Origin: Gammaproteobacteria bacterium
GTDB lineage: Bacteria; Pseudomonadota; Gammaproteobacteria; GCA-001735895
Reading direction: 5' to 3'
NCBI GenBank assembly: GCA_050298595.1
Contig: JBNKUM010000101.1
Span: 112,131 to 176,130 of the forward strand
DNA length: 64,000 nucleotides
Part shown: piece after piece, positions 49,043-57,596 of the stretch
How positions within the stretch are numbered: position 1 is the first letter of the stretch
Layout of the letters: each line of letters starts with the position of its first letter
Notes under the pieces: model-generated
Told to the model about the DNA's origin: nothing
Databases searched by the model: none
Seen by the model: the letters and a program-made list of their open reading frames with translations, nothing else
Made by a program: the position numbers and the translations under genes

Positions 49043-50407
49043 ATGAACATAGCCCAGTCAGACCCTGCCTTACTCAATGCGCAAACCCTGGAGCATGAAA
49101 TCGACTGGTTTAATCAGGTGTTACAGACGCGTATCGAACTGTATTTTGAACAGGGTTCTAAATATCAGGATGTGCGCGACCTCAGGCCCCCTGAGCTTGA
49201 AAATGATCAATCCGAATACGCACAGCTGGTAAAGCAGTACCAGATGACATTCAACGAGCGCATTGTCCTGATTTTGGCGATGATCCCGCATATCCGTCCA
49301 AATGTGCTTGATCTGTTATTTAGCCGCAACCAAAACCTCGACCGTGGCTATGCTGAATTCGGTGGCTGGAATGGTAAGCAGCACGGTGGTTTTTTGCCTA
49401 CGGGTGAAACCGCCGCGTTTATCCTTGCAGGCAATGATTTGCCTCAGCGCTTTCAAGTTATCCAGCTATTCGAGAATGATCACTTTTTTGCCCAGTCTGC
49501 GCTTTTACGTGTCGAACGCCAGAGTAAAAGCGAGCCGTTTCTCAGCGGCGCGCTGATATTAGCCTCCGATGTTCTGGCACGCTGTACCTCGGGTATTTCG
49601 CATAAACCCGATTACAGCATCAGCTTTCCGGCCAAGCTGATTACTACACAACTCAGTTGGGATGATCTGGTGCTAGCACCGTCGGTGCTGGAAGAAATCG
49701 CCATCATCAAAACCTGGATGGAAAAATCCAGCCATATCATGCAGCACTGGGGGCTTGAAAGAACCATCAAACCGGGCTACCGCAGCCTGTTTTACGGCCC
49801 ACCGGGTACCGGTAAAACCCTGACAGCGACTTTGATTGGCGACGAACTGGGGGTGGATGTGTACCGTATAGATCTGTCTATGGTGGTGTCTAAATATATC
49901 GGTGAGACGGAAAAAAACCTGGCTAATGTGTTCGACCAGGCGCAGCATAAAAACTGGATCCTGTTCTTCGACGAAGCCGATGCGCTGTTTGGCAAGCGCA
50001 CGCAGGCTTCAAGTTCTAATGATCGTCACGCCAACCAGGAAATCTCCTATCTGTTGCAGCGGGTGGAAGACTATCCCGGCATCGTGATTCTCGCGACTAA
50101 CCTGAAGGCTAATATCGATGAAGCCTTTGCTCGACGTTTCCAGTCACTGGTGTACTTTCCGTTACCAGATGTCATGCTACGCCAGCGCCTGTGGGAAAAC
50201 ACCCTTAAAGGTAAAACCGGAAACCTCGCCAATGGTGTCGATCTGGCGCAACTGGCGGGCGAGTATGAGCTTTCAGGTGGAGCTATAGCCAATGTGGTGC
50301 GTTATGGCGCAATCAATGCGCTGCAAATGGATCGTGATAACATCAACCGTGAAGACCTGGTCAAGGGCGTTACCAGAGAACTCAGAAAAGAAGGGAAAAC
50401 GGTGTAA
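49043..50407 (+). CDS. AAA+ ATPase (Afp15/Pvc15-like)
   Basis: Walker A GPPGTGKT, VVSKYIGETEKNL, Walker B LFFDEADALFGKR, AFARRF. Confidence 0.95.
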   Translation: MNIAQSDPALLNAQTLEHEIDWFNQVLQTRIELYFEQGSKYQDVRDLRPPELENDQSEYAQLVKQYQMTFNERIVLILAMIPHIRPNVLDLLFSRNQNLDRGYAEFGGWNGKQHGGFLPTGETAAFILAGNDLPQRFQVIQLFENDHFFAQSALLRVERQSKSEPFLSGALILASDVLARCTSGISHKPDYSISFPAKLITTQLSWDDLVLAPSVLEEIAIIKTWMEKSSHIMQHWGLERTIKPGYRSLFYGPPGTGKTLTATLIGDELGVDVYRIDLSMVVSKYIGETEKNLANVFDQAQHKNWILFFDEADALFGKRTQASSSNDRHANQEISYLLQRVEDYPGIVILATNLKANIDEAFARRFQSLVYFPLPDVMLRQRLWENTLKGKTGNLANGVDLAQLAGEYELSGGAIANVVRYGAINALQMDRDNINREDLVKGVTRELRKEGKTV

Positions 50408-50409
50408 CT

Positions 50410-52362
50410 ATGTTTACTCAGCATAAAGGGATTATCGATATGCTATGCGCACTGGCATTGGCGTTGTTGCTAATCTTGAGCGCACAGCCGTTGCAGGCGG
50501 ACGAGCCAACACAGGCTATGCCAGACGCTAGCACGAAAGCAATCGAGCCAACACAGGCTACGCCAGACGTTAGCGCGAAGGCAACCGAGCCGACTCTGGT
50601 TACGCCAGACGCTAGCGCGAACACAACCGAGCCGACACAGGCTACGCCAGACGCTAGCGCGATCACAACCGACAGTGCGCCGCCTGTTGCCACGGATACT
50701 ACTACCGCTGAAGCCGGTGATGCAACGGAGGATGAGCTGCCGATATGTGATGTGGCATCGATCCAGGCTGGTCTAGATGCATCTGGCTATAATGAAGCAC
50801 AGATAAAGCGTATCCAGCAACAGTTACAGTATGCAGGTTACCTGCCTCAATTCGGTCCTGAAACGATAAAAGCGCTTGCCCAGATGTGTACAGACTTCCA
50901 GATTGAGGCGACTGGCAATATCGCAGTTGAACTGGATGAACGGTTACAGGCGATGGCACGTATCTATCCTGCTGGATGGCAGGTATTAGTCCAGAATGAA
51001 GCATTCAAGCAGTGGCAGGCACAGAAAGCACCTAAGCCAATGGTGCCAAAGTTGGAGCCGCTGCAGTTAACCGGTGGTGGTTGCGGTTGTTCGCGCGAAT
51101 TTAAGACTATGGTCTACGGTTTTTATCCCTACTGGTTAGCGAGTACCGAACCACAGCAGCTCGATTTTAGCCTGTATGATCGCATCAGCTATTTCAAACT
51201 GGAAATCGATAGCAATGGGGATTTTAGCAAGCAGTTGCATTGGGATGATAAATACCATATCGCCGATTTTATTAACCTTGCACATAAACACAGGGTTAAA
51301 GTCGATCTGACTTTGCAAGCCAGCGGCTGGCGGGACTGGTCGTCGAAAATGGAAGACGATGCGGTTTTCAATATTGCTGATATGGCGACACAAACCTATC
51401 ATGCTACCGATACACAATGGCTGCGCAAGTTACTGCCTCTGGTTGAGGATGACTCCAGCGTTCGCGCCGATGGGATCACTCTGTTTTTCGATGACTATGC
51501 CAGGTATGACGATAGTGCGCGACTTGCCGATATCGTCAACCGTGTTGCCGACAGACTCCAACAATCATCCCCTAAATCCAGCCTGAATGTCATGCTGCGC
51601 CTGGATTGGTCGCAAATCGATGACTTGTTGCACGAGCAGCCGGCAGAACCGCTGGACAAAATCTGCCGTCCATTAGCTAGCCCGACTATCGAGTGTATGA
51701 TAGTGAATGACCGGGTCGAGCATGTACTGATTTACCTGACGCAAGATACCAGCACTTCCAAGAAGCAATTACGCCAGGCTATAGAAAATGCCTACCACGG
51801 AGATACACGCAGGATTGCGCTAAAAAAAATCCTGCCTGTTATTCCGCCACCAGGCGATGCTGAAAAGACCGTGCAATTCGAGGACGACCTGATCTACTTC
51901 GAATACAATTTTGCCGGTGTCGCGTTGTGGCCTATACCCCTGGCCGACACCGATAGTGATGCGGCAGCGCTACTTGATCAAAGCCTGCTCAAACTGTACC
52001 CAGACACAACCAACGTCAGTCCAATTGTCACTAAGGTTGATAGTTACGCGCCCTGGTTATGCCAGTTTACCTGTCCCAACCGCTGGCTGTTCCGTACTAC
52101 CTTCGACCTGCTCGCCGGACTGCTGATGCTGTATATCGTTTTCGTGGTTTTAAACTGTAGCATGCGAGAATTGTATCAACGCTACTTTGTTCATTTCGTC
52201 ATAGCCTGCTTGTTGACCGCAACAATCCTGCTAGTATCACTGGTATGCGATCCATTCTGGCGTGAATGGGCGGAGTATGTCGTGATCGGCTTGCTGTTAT
52301 TTCTAATAATCGGAATTATCTGGCGTTACGTCAGGAAAGCCATGCAACCGCGATTGCCCTGA
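50410..52362 (+). CDS. Exported, C-terminally membrane-anchored protein with PTQ repeats, PG-binding-like segment and degenerate GH18-like barrel
   Basis: Signal peptide; IKRIQQQLQYAGY..FGPETIKAL; VYGFYPYW..DFSLYDRISYF..INLAHKHRVKVDL..ADGITLFFD..FAGVALW; 3 C-terminal TM helices. Confidence 0.7.
   Translation: MFTQHKGIIDMLCALALALLLILSAQPLQADEPTQAMPDASTKAIEPTQATPDVSAKATEPTLVTPDASANTTEPTQATPDASAITTDSAPPVATDTTTAEAGDATEDELPICDVASIQAGLDASGYNEAQIKRIQQQLQYAGYLPQFGPETIKALAQMCTDFQIEATGNIAVELDERLQAMARIYPAGWQVLVQNEAFKQWQAQKAPKPMVPKLEPLQLTGGGCGCSREFKTMVYGFYPYWLASTEPQQLDFSLYDRISYFKLEIDSNGDFSKQLHWDDKYHIADFINLAHKHRVKVDLTLQASGWRDWSSKMEDDAVFNIADMATQTYHATDTQWLRKLLPLVEDDSSVRADGITLFFDDYARYDDSARLADIVNRVADRLQQSSPKSSLNVMLRLDWSQIDDLLHEQPAEPLDKICRPLASPTIECMIVNDRVEHVLIYLTQDTSTSKKQLRQAIENAYHGDTRRIALKKILPVIPPPGDAEKTVQFEDDLIYFEYNFAGVALWPIPLADTDSDAAALLDQSLLKLYPDTTNVSPIVTKVDSYAPWLCQFTCPNRWLFRTTFDLLAGLLMLYIVFVVLNCSMRELYQRYFVHFVIACLLTATILLVSLVCDPFWREWAEYVVIGLLLFLIIGIIWRYVRKAMQPRLP
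50503..50670 (+). repeat. Four 42-bp tandem repeats (EPTQATPDASAKAT-like)
   Basis: GAGCC(A/G)AC...CCAGACG(C/T)TAGC...(A/G)CAA(C/T)C repeated 4 times in frame. Confidence 0.95.
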
Positions 52363-52409
52363 TCATTTAGTGAGCAATCAACTTCATCATCGAAGCAAAG
52401 GAGAAAGGA

Positions 52410-53072
52410 ATGAAAACAGAAATACACAAAACAGCGATGCGCTCGACAGCCCGGCCAGCAAGCCTGCAGCGCAAACCACCAACCCAAACCCAGACGTTAG
52501 TTGACCGGCGTAGCAGTAGCGCTTTACAGCGCCGCCTGGTGCATAACATCGATAACAGCCCGGCAATGATGCTGCAAAGCAGGCAACTCGAACAGACCCA
52601 TACCCCTGCCATACAGCGAGTCGCCGAGGAAGAGGAAGAGCTGATGCAGGGCAAGTTTGATAGTGTACAACGCCAGATACTTGAAGAAGAAGAGCCGTTG
52701 CAGGGAAAGTTTACTCAGACATTACAGCGCCAACCGGACAGCACTGCACAGAGCAACAACACTGGCATGCCGGATAACCTCAAGTCCGGTATCGAATCCC
52801 TTTCCGGCATCGATATATCCGACGTGCGTGTGCATCACAATTCCAGTAAACCTGCACAATTGAATGCACTCGCCTATGCCCAGGGCAATGATATACATCT
52901 TGCATCCGGGCAGGAACATCACCTGCCGCACGAAGCATGGCATACGGTGCAGCAACGCCAGGGCAGGGTGCAACCGACAATGCAGATGGAAGGCCAGCAG
53001 ATAAACGATGATGCGGGACTGGAGCGTGAGGCTGACGTTATGGGGGCGAGGGCATTGCAGTATAAAAAATAA
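52410..53072 (+). CDS. DUF4157 (eCIS core) domain protein
   Basis: [53 protein letters not shown]. Confidence 0.92.
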   Translation: MKTEIHKTAMRSTARPASLQRKPPTQTQTLVDRRSSSALQRRLVHNIDNSPAMMLQSRQLEQTHTPAIQRVAEEEEELMQGKFDSVQRQILEEEEPLQGKFTQTLQRQPDSTAQSNNTGMPDNLKSGIESLSGIDISDVRVHHNSSKPAQLNALAYAQGNDIHLASGQEHHLPHEAWHTVQQRQGRVQPTMQMEGQQINDDAGLEREADVMGARALQYKK

Positions 53073-53098
53073 ACAAACTATCAAAAGGAGTTTGAATT

Positions 53099-54235
53099 AT
53101 GCAACATGCAAAATGGTGGTTGTTATCAGTAACGCTATCGATTGTATTAACGGCGGTGCTGCTCAGCCTTTGGGTACAGATGAATCAATACATCATTGAA
53201 CCCACGCAGTTGGTTAGCGAACAGGCAACTAACGATTATCTTGCCGCCAACTGGGAAAATCATGCGCAGACTAATGGTGAAGCGACGATCAAGATCAAAA
53301 CGGGTGTTTTTATCCAGTCACTGAAATTCTTCGATTCCACCGAGGTCAACCTGAGCGGTTATATCTGGCAGCATTATCAGGATGGTGTACACGACCACAT
53401 TAAACCCGGCCCCGGTGAAGTCGGTTTCATCCTGCCTGAACAGGTTGACTCGGGTAGTGATATCGTGCCGCGCGAGGTTTATCGCATACACGATAACGGA
53501 GAGGAAGTTATTGGTTGGTATTTCGAGGCGTCATTACGCCAGCCCTTCGATTATGTGGATTACCCCTTCGATCATAAAACCGTGTGGCTGCGTATGTGGC
53601 ACAAGGAGTTTTACAGAAACATCATCCTGGTACCCGATTTCGAGGCTTACCAGGCTACTGGTCTTAACGATATCTTCGGTATCGAAGAACAGATCGTACT
53701 CGGTACCTGGGAGCGTAAAAATACCTATTTCGATTACCACTTATTGAATTATGACAGCAACTTCGGTATTCCCGATTTCATCGGTCAGCAGGGTTTTCCC
53801 GTGTTGCATTATAACTTTATCGTCAAGCGCAAATTCGAAAATGCTTTTATTGTTTACCTACTGCCATTGTTTCTAGTGGCGACCTTGCTGTTCGCCGCGC
53901 TGTTGACGGTGACAGATAGTAAGGAACTGTCCGGGCGCTTTGGTTTTAATGCCTCTGGATTTATCGGAGCCTGTTCGGCGCTATTCTTTGTCGTCATGCT
54001 GGCGCATATCCAGTTACGCGAGCAATTCTCGGGGTCAGGGATTGTTTATATCGAGTATTTTTATATCTTGATGTATGTCTTGTTAGTGACGGCCACGGCA
54101 AATGTATACCTTTTTTCGATCAGACAAGGGAAGTGGTGCTGGTGGGTGCTTTATGGGGACAATGTACTTATAAAGGTTGCGTATTGGCCAGTGGTGCTGG
54201 GGTGTTTGATTTTAATTACTTTGGGGGTTATGTGA
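53099..54235 (+). CDS. Prokaryotic pentameric ligand-gated ion channel-like protein
   Basis: IKTGVFIQSL..LSGYIWQ, Pro-loop FDYVDYPFD, then R.....IVYLLPL and 4 TM helices; extra N-terminal TM/signal. Confidence 0.7.
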   Translation: MQHAKWWLLSVTLSIVLTAVLLSLWVQMNQYIIEPTQLVSEQATNDYLAANWENHAQTNGEATIKIKTGVFIQSLKFFDSTEVNLSGYIWQHYQDGVHDHIKPGPGEVGFILPEQVDSGSDIVPREVYRIHDNGEEVIGWYFEASLRQPFDYVDYPFDHKTVWLRMWHKEFYRNIILVPDFEAYQATGLNDIFGIEEQIVLGTWERKNTYFDYHLLNYDSNFGIPDFIGQQGFPVLHYNFIVKRKFENAFIVYLLPLFLVATLLFAALLTVTDSKELSGRFGFNASGFIGACSALFFVVMLAHIQLREQFSGSGIVYIEYFYILMYVLLVTATANVYLFSIRQGKWCWWVLYGDNVLIKVAYWPVVLGCLILITLGVM

Positions 54236-54329
54236 TGTGTAGGAGATGTGGTAGAGGTTTGTATTATAGGGGGCGGAGTATATGCAGCGGGTATAGGTGA
54301 CTATGTAATACGTAGATGTACTGTTTAGT

Positions 54330-54600
54330 GAATTAGAACAATGGCTGTATACTGGGGATTCGGACGATCTGAAAAAGCGATTTATGGATGATTAAAGCGG
54401 AGTTGTTAAGTCTACCAGGGATAGGTGGCGTATAGCCTGAGGCATAGTTTTGCGACTCATTTGTTGGAAAGGAGAACGGATCTCAGGCATATCCAGACGT
54501 TGCTATGGTGTGCAGTTCGAAAATAACGGAGATTTACACCCGCATAACATCTAAAGGATTTCAGAATTTGAAATCACCTTTGGATGATATGGATGTTTGA
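54330..54600 (+). pseudogene. Tyrosine recombinase (integron-integrase/Xer-like) C-terminal remnant
   Basis: LRHSFATHLLERRTDLRHIQTLL from 54437, then frameshifted SSKITEIYTRITSKGFQNLKSPLDDMDV*. Confidence 0.85.
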
Positions 54601-54755
54601 AGAGGTACACATATACCGCCGATTTGGTGAGATATGTGCACCTTTCAGTAAAGATACAGTGTAAATAAAATACACTGGTAGTTGATACTTGTTTTGTTAT
54701 AGGTAACTGAAAAAAATCCTATAACAACCACTAAGAAAATTAAAAGGTTTGAGAT

Positions 54756-55322
54756 ATGTATGCACAAGTAGAGAAACCTAAAGAGTATGGAGGTAGGTCG
54801 GTTGCAAATTCTGTAACCCAGAAAAAAGGTAATGCAAAAGAAAGTTTTGGGTTTGTCGATAATCGACCTGAGGTTGTTGCTCAAAGAACGTTGCATGAAA
54901 AGATGGATAAAAGTTCAAGAATGTTACTACAGCGATTCAATTCAAAGAGTAGTGTTAAGGTTTTAGCTTGCAGCAGTGGTATTATTCAAAGAGTGACAAA
55001 TCCAGATACATCAAACGAATACACTTCCTCAGATATTGAGACACTCTATAAATCGGGTGATATCACTGTTGAATATAGTCATCGTTTTGATGGATGGAAC
55101 TTTGATAAAGATCCAATAGAAAAAACAGTGCATAATTATTCTTTTAAGTTAAAAAGAGGTACGATAGTTGTCGGTGTATTACACTTGCATTTTGGTGGAG
55201 ATCCAAAAACAGAAGGTACCTATCTGACTGGTTCAAAAATAAAATCTAATGATTTTGGAAGTACATTGACATATAGTCCATCTTCGACTCTTGAAAAGGA
55301 AGGTAAAGGAAAAATACCATAG
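54756..55322 (+). CDS. Candidate eCIS cargo/effector with N-terminal leader
   Basis: MYAQVEKPKE..RSVANSVTQKK...FGFVDNRPEVVAQR.L leader and ..IQR linker, as in DUF4157-type proteins, followed by an unknown ~110-aa domain. Confidence 0.65.
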   Translation: MYAQVEKPKEYGGRSVANSVTQKKGNAKESFGFVDNRPEVVAQRTLHEKMDKSSRMLLQRFNSKSSVKVLACSSGIIQRVTNPDTSNEYTSSDIETLYKSGDITVEYSHRFDGWNFDKDPIEKTVHNYSFKLKRGTIVVGVLHLHFGGDPKTEGTYLTGSKIKSNDFGSTLTYSPSSTLEKEGKGKIP

Positions 55323-55560
55323 TAATGGTTAATTGCGTCCGTATATGTCCGTGTTTACGGTTATCTTCTTCGATTATTTGAAAATGATCAAAAACTCTAT
55401 TGGGTGCTGTTATTGCGGGTAGAACGAATTTACTGGGGTTGATTGGCTTTATGAATAGCATGGTTGAAACCAAGTATTTATACTACTCAATATCATAAGC
55501 CAGATAGTTCTAGATCCAGTATTATATTTGGATATATAATTACTTAAAGGTATTCTAATA

Positions 55561-55656
55561 TGGAGCTATAGATTTCAGGGAGCGAAAGTAATGGGAGAAG
55601 TTTCAAATTGGAACTATAAATTTCAGGGTACGAAAGTAATGGGAGAAGTTTTAAAT
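55561..55656 (+). repeat. 48-bp tandem duplication covering an RBS and start codon
   Basis: TGGAGCTATAGATTTCAGGGAGCGAAAGTAATGGGAGAAGTTTCAAAT / TGGAACTATAAATTTCAGGGTACGAAAGTAATGGGAGAAGTTTTAAAT. Confidence 0.95.
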
Positions 55657-56787
55657 ACAGCGCAAACTCATGATCGTAGAGGCGGGGACAGATTTGAACC
55701 CGCTTATGCCGATGTCTTATTTTCTGAATGTATTCCAAGAGCTCTCCGAGCTCGCGTTTTAGATATTTCTCCAAGTGGATTGGCGGTTGCCTTATCCTTA
55801 GTAGACAATCCACCAGATAAGGATGTTAGTATATCCTTGGTTGAAGGTAATTCTGAAAACGATAGTTCGATTAAGCTTGGGAAGGCAACGATAAAAAGAG
55901 AGTGGTCAGGTGAAGGCGTGTTTGGTTATGAGAAGGGGATTGCTCTTCGTCTTCATGAGGATATACCTCAGCATATACTAAGTGACCCTTTGTTGAGAGG
56001 AAGAAAGCAAGATGAAAGAACAAACGGGCAAAAAGGCTTACTGTCTCTTGACGTTGAACATCTGAGTAATTACCGTCGCAGCCTGTCGGATTGTCAAATC
56101 AAGTTCTTCATCCTCGCATTGACTGTTGGTATGGGCTTGGCAGGCTCATACTTTGGTTTGACATACCACAGTGTGTCGGCAGGGAAGATTACGGATCCAA
56201 ACCTTGCACTATGGCGTACGTTTCTTGCCGTTTTGCCAGGATGCTTGGCTATTGCCTGTGCATTTATGGTGGTCCATAAGAGCATTTCGATACAACGTAT
56301 AGATGCATATCTTTCCTTAGTAAAAAAATACTCGATTCTGGGGCATTTCCCGCGAGAGTATAGTGGTTGGGAGACCGATTTATGGCGATTCAAGAATATC
56401 CTGTCAACAAGTAAGTGTAGCTATTGTAAAATAAAGGAAAAATGTGATGAAGAAGCAAATAAGCTGATAGCTGATAATCGTAATCGTGATAATCGTAATC
56501 GTGGTTTCACAAGCAATCCTCGAGTAGATCTTTTCCATATAATTGTTCACCTGACTTTCTTTACGATATTGGTCATATCCCTTATCACTGTATTATCAAA
56601 CGTCATTGAGTTTAAGCTGGGAGCTGGCTTACATATGGTGATTGCTGCCATTATAACAATCGTCCTTGTTGGTGTTATTATCTCTTTGGTTTTTATTTTC
56701 TATCATTTGCGCAAAGGACGTTATTCTGTCGACTACTTTAGAAGTTGTTGGCGAAATGTTTTGGCGAAGTGTCGGGAACCTATTTAG
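55591..56787 (+). CDS. PilZ-like domain fused to 4 TM helices
   Basis: RRGGDRF (RxxxR) and DISPSG (DxSxxG); two TM pairs separated by a Cys-containing loop. Confidence 0.65.
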   Translation: MGEVSNWNYKFQGTKVMGEVLNTAQTHDRRGGDRFEPAYADVLFSECIPRALRARVLDISPSGLAVALSLVDNPPDKDVSISLVEGNSENDSSIKLGKATIKREWSGEGVFGYEKGIALRLHEDIPQHILSDPLLRGRKQDERTNGQKGLLSLDVEHLSNYRRSLSDCQIKFFILALTVGMGLAGSYFGLTYHSVSAGKITDPNLALWRTFLAVLPGCLAIACAFMVVHKSISIQRIDAYLSLVKKYSILGHFPREYSGWETDLWRFKNILSTSKCSYCKIKEKCDEEANKLIADNRNRDNRNRGFTSNPRVDLFHIIVHLTFFTILVISLITVLSNVIEFKLGAGLHMVIAAIITIVLVGVIISLVFIFYHLRKGRYSVDYFRSCWRNVLAKCREPI

Positions 56788-56892
56788 CTAATTGCCAGAT
56801 TCAGATCGACATAGTCCATGCAAGCTGCCAATGCTTTTTCATCCAGCATGGCCCTGGGGTTTGAAACGCCCTTCCCAATAATTAAACATTGA

Positions 56893-57430
56893 TAAACCCC
56901 AGCTTAGCTGGGGTGACTCGCATAGGTTTGACCGAGACGATGGTCATAGTAACGTCTTTGCTCGATTAAAAGTAAAGAGGAAACAACCTATGCGAGACTA
57001 TAAGAGTTTGTCTCATACCCGTTGGGATTGTAAATACCATGTTGTGTTTATCTCAAAGAAAAGGAAAAAATTGATATTTGGATCGATACGTAAACATCAG
57101 GGAGAGATATTTCACGAACTAGCAAAACGTAAAGAGGTAGTGATCGAGGAAGGCCATTTAATGAAAGATCATGTTCATATGTCCATATGTGCATAAGTGT
57201 TCCACCCAAATACGCAGTATCAAACGTAGTTGGTTACCTGAAAGGTAAAAGTGCCATATAAATAGCAAAGAAATTTCGAGGTAGACAGCGAAATTTTAAT
57301 GGGGAGCATTTCTGGGCACGCGGTTTTTGCGTTTACACAATGGGTCTGGATGAAGAAATGGTGCTTGAGTATATTAGGAATCAGGAAAAAGAGGATGAAC
57401 ATCGGGATCAATTACGGTTTGGAATATTGG
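56893..57430 (+). pseudogene. tnpA: IS200/IS605-family TnpA pseudogene with left-end hairpin
   Basis: MRDYKSLSHTRWDCKYHVVF, DHVHM, VGYLKGKSA, FWARG; frameshift near 57185 and an internal stop; hairpin ACCCCAGCT-T-AGCTGGGGT at 56896-56914. Confidence 0.9.
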
Positions 57431-57596
57431 GCACCTTGGGTTACTACAGATGAAGGTGGTAAGTTGTAAAAAAATAGGTTTTTGTCGAGCCTTAATGGGT
57501 ATTTTCTCTTCGACTGGATTCAAATGACAAAATGATCCTGCAACCTGTGATATCAGGTTGGTGTTTGAAAGAATCATCTAGGGGAGGGCTTACACA

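Noticed and set aside
30322-50407. Prophage, R-type tailocin or type VI secretion system
   Set aside because: No capsid, terminase, integrase or lysis genes and no TssJLM/TssBC/ClpV; DUF4255, Afp15-type ATPase and DUF4157 indicate eCIS
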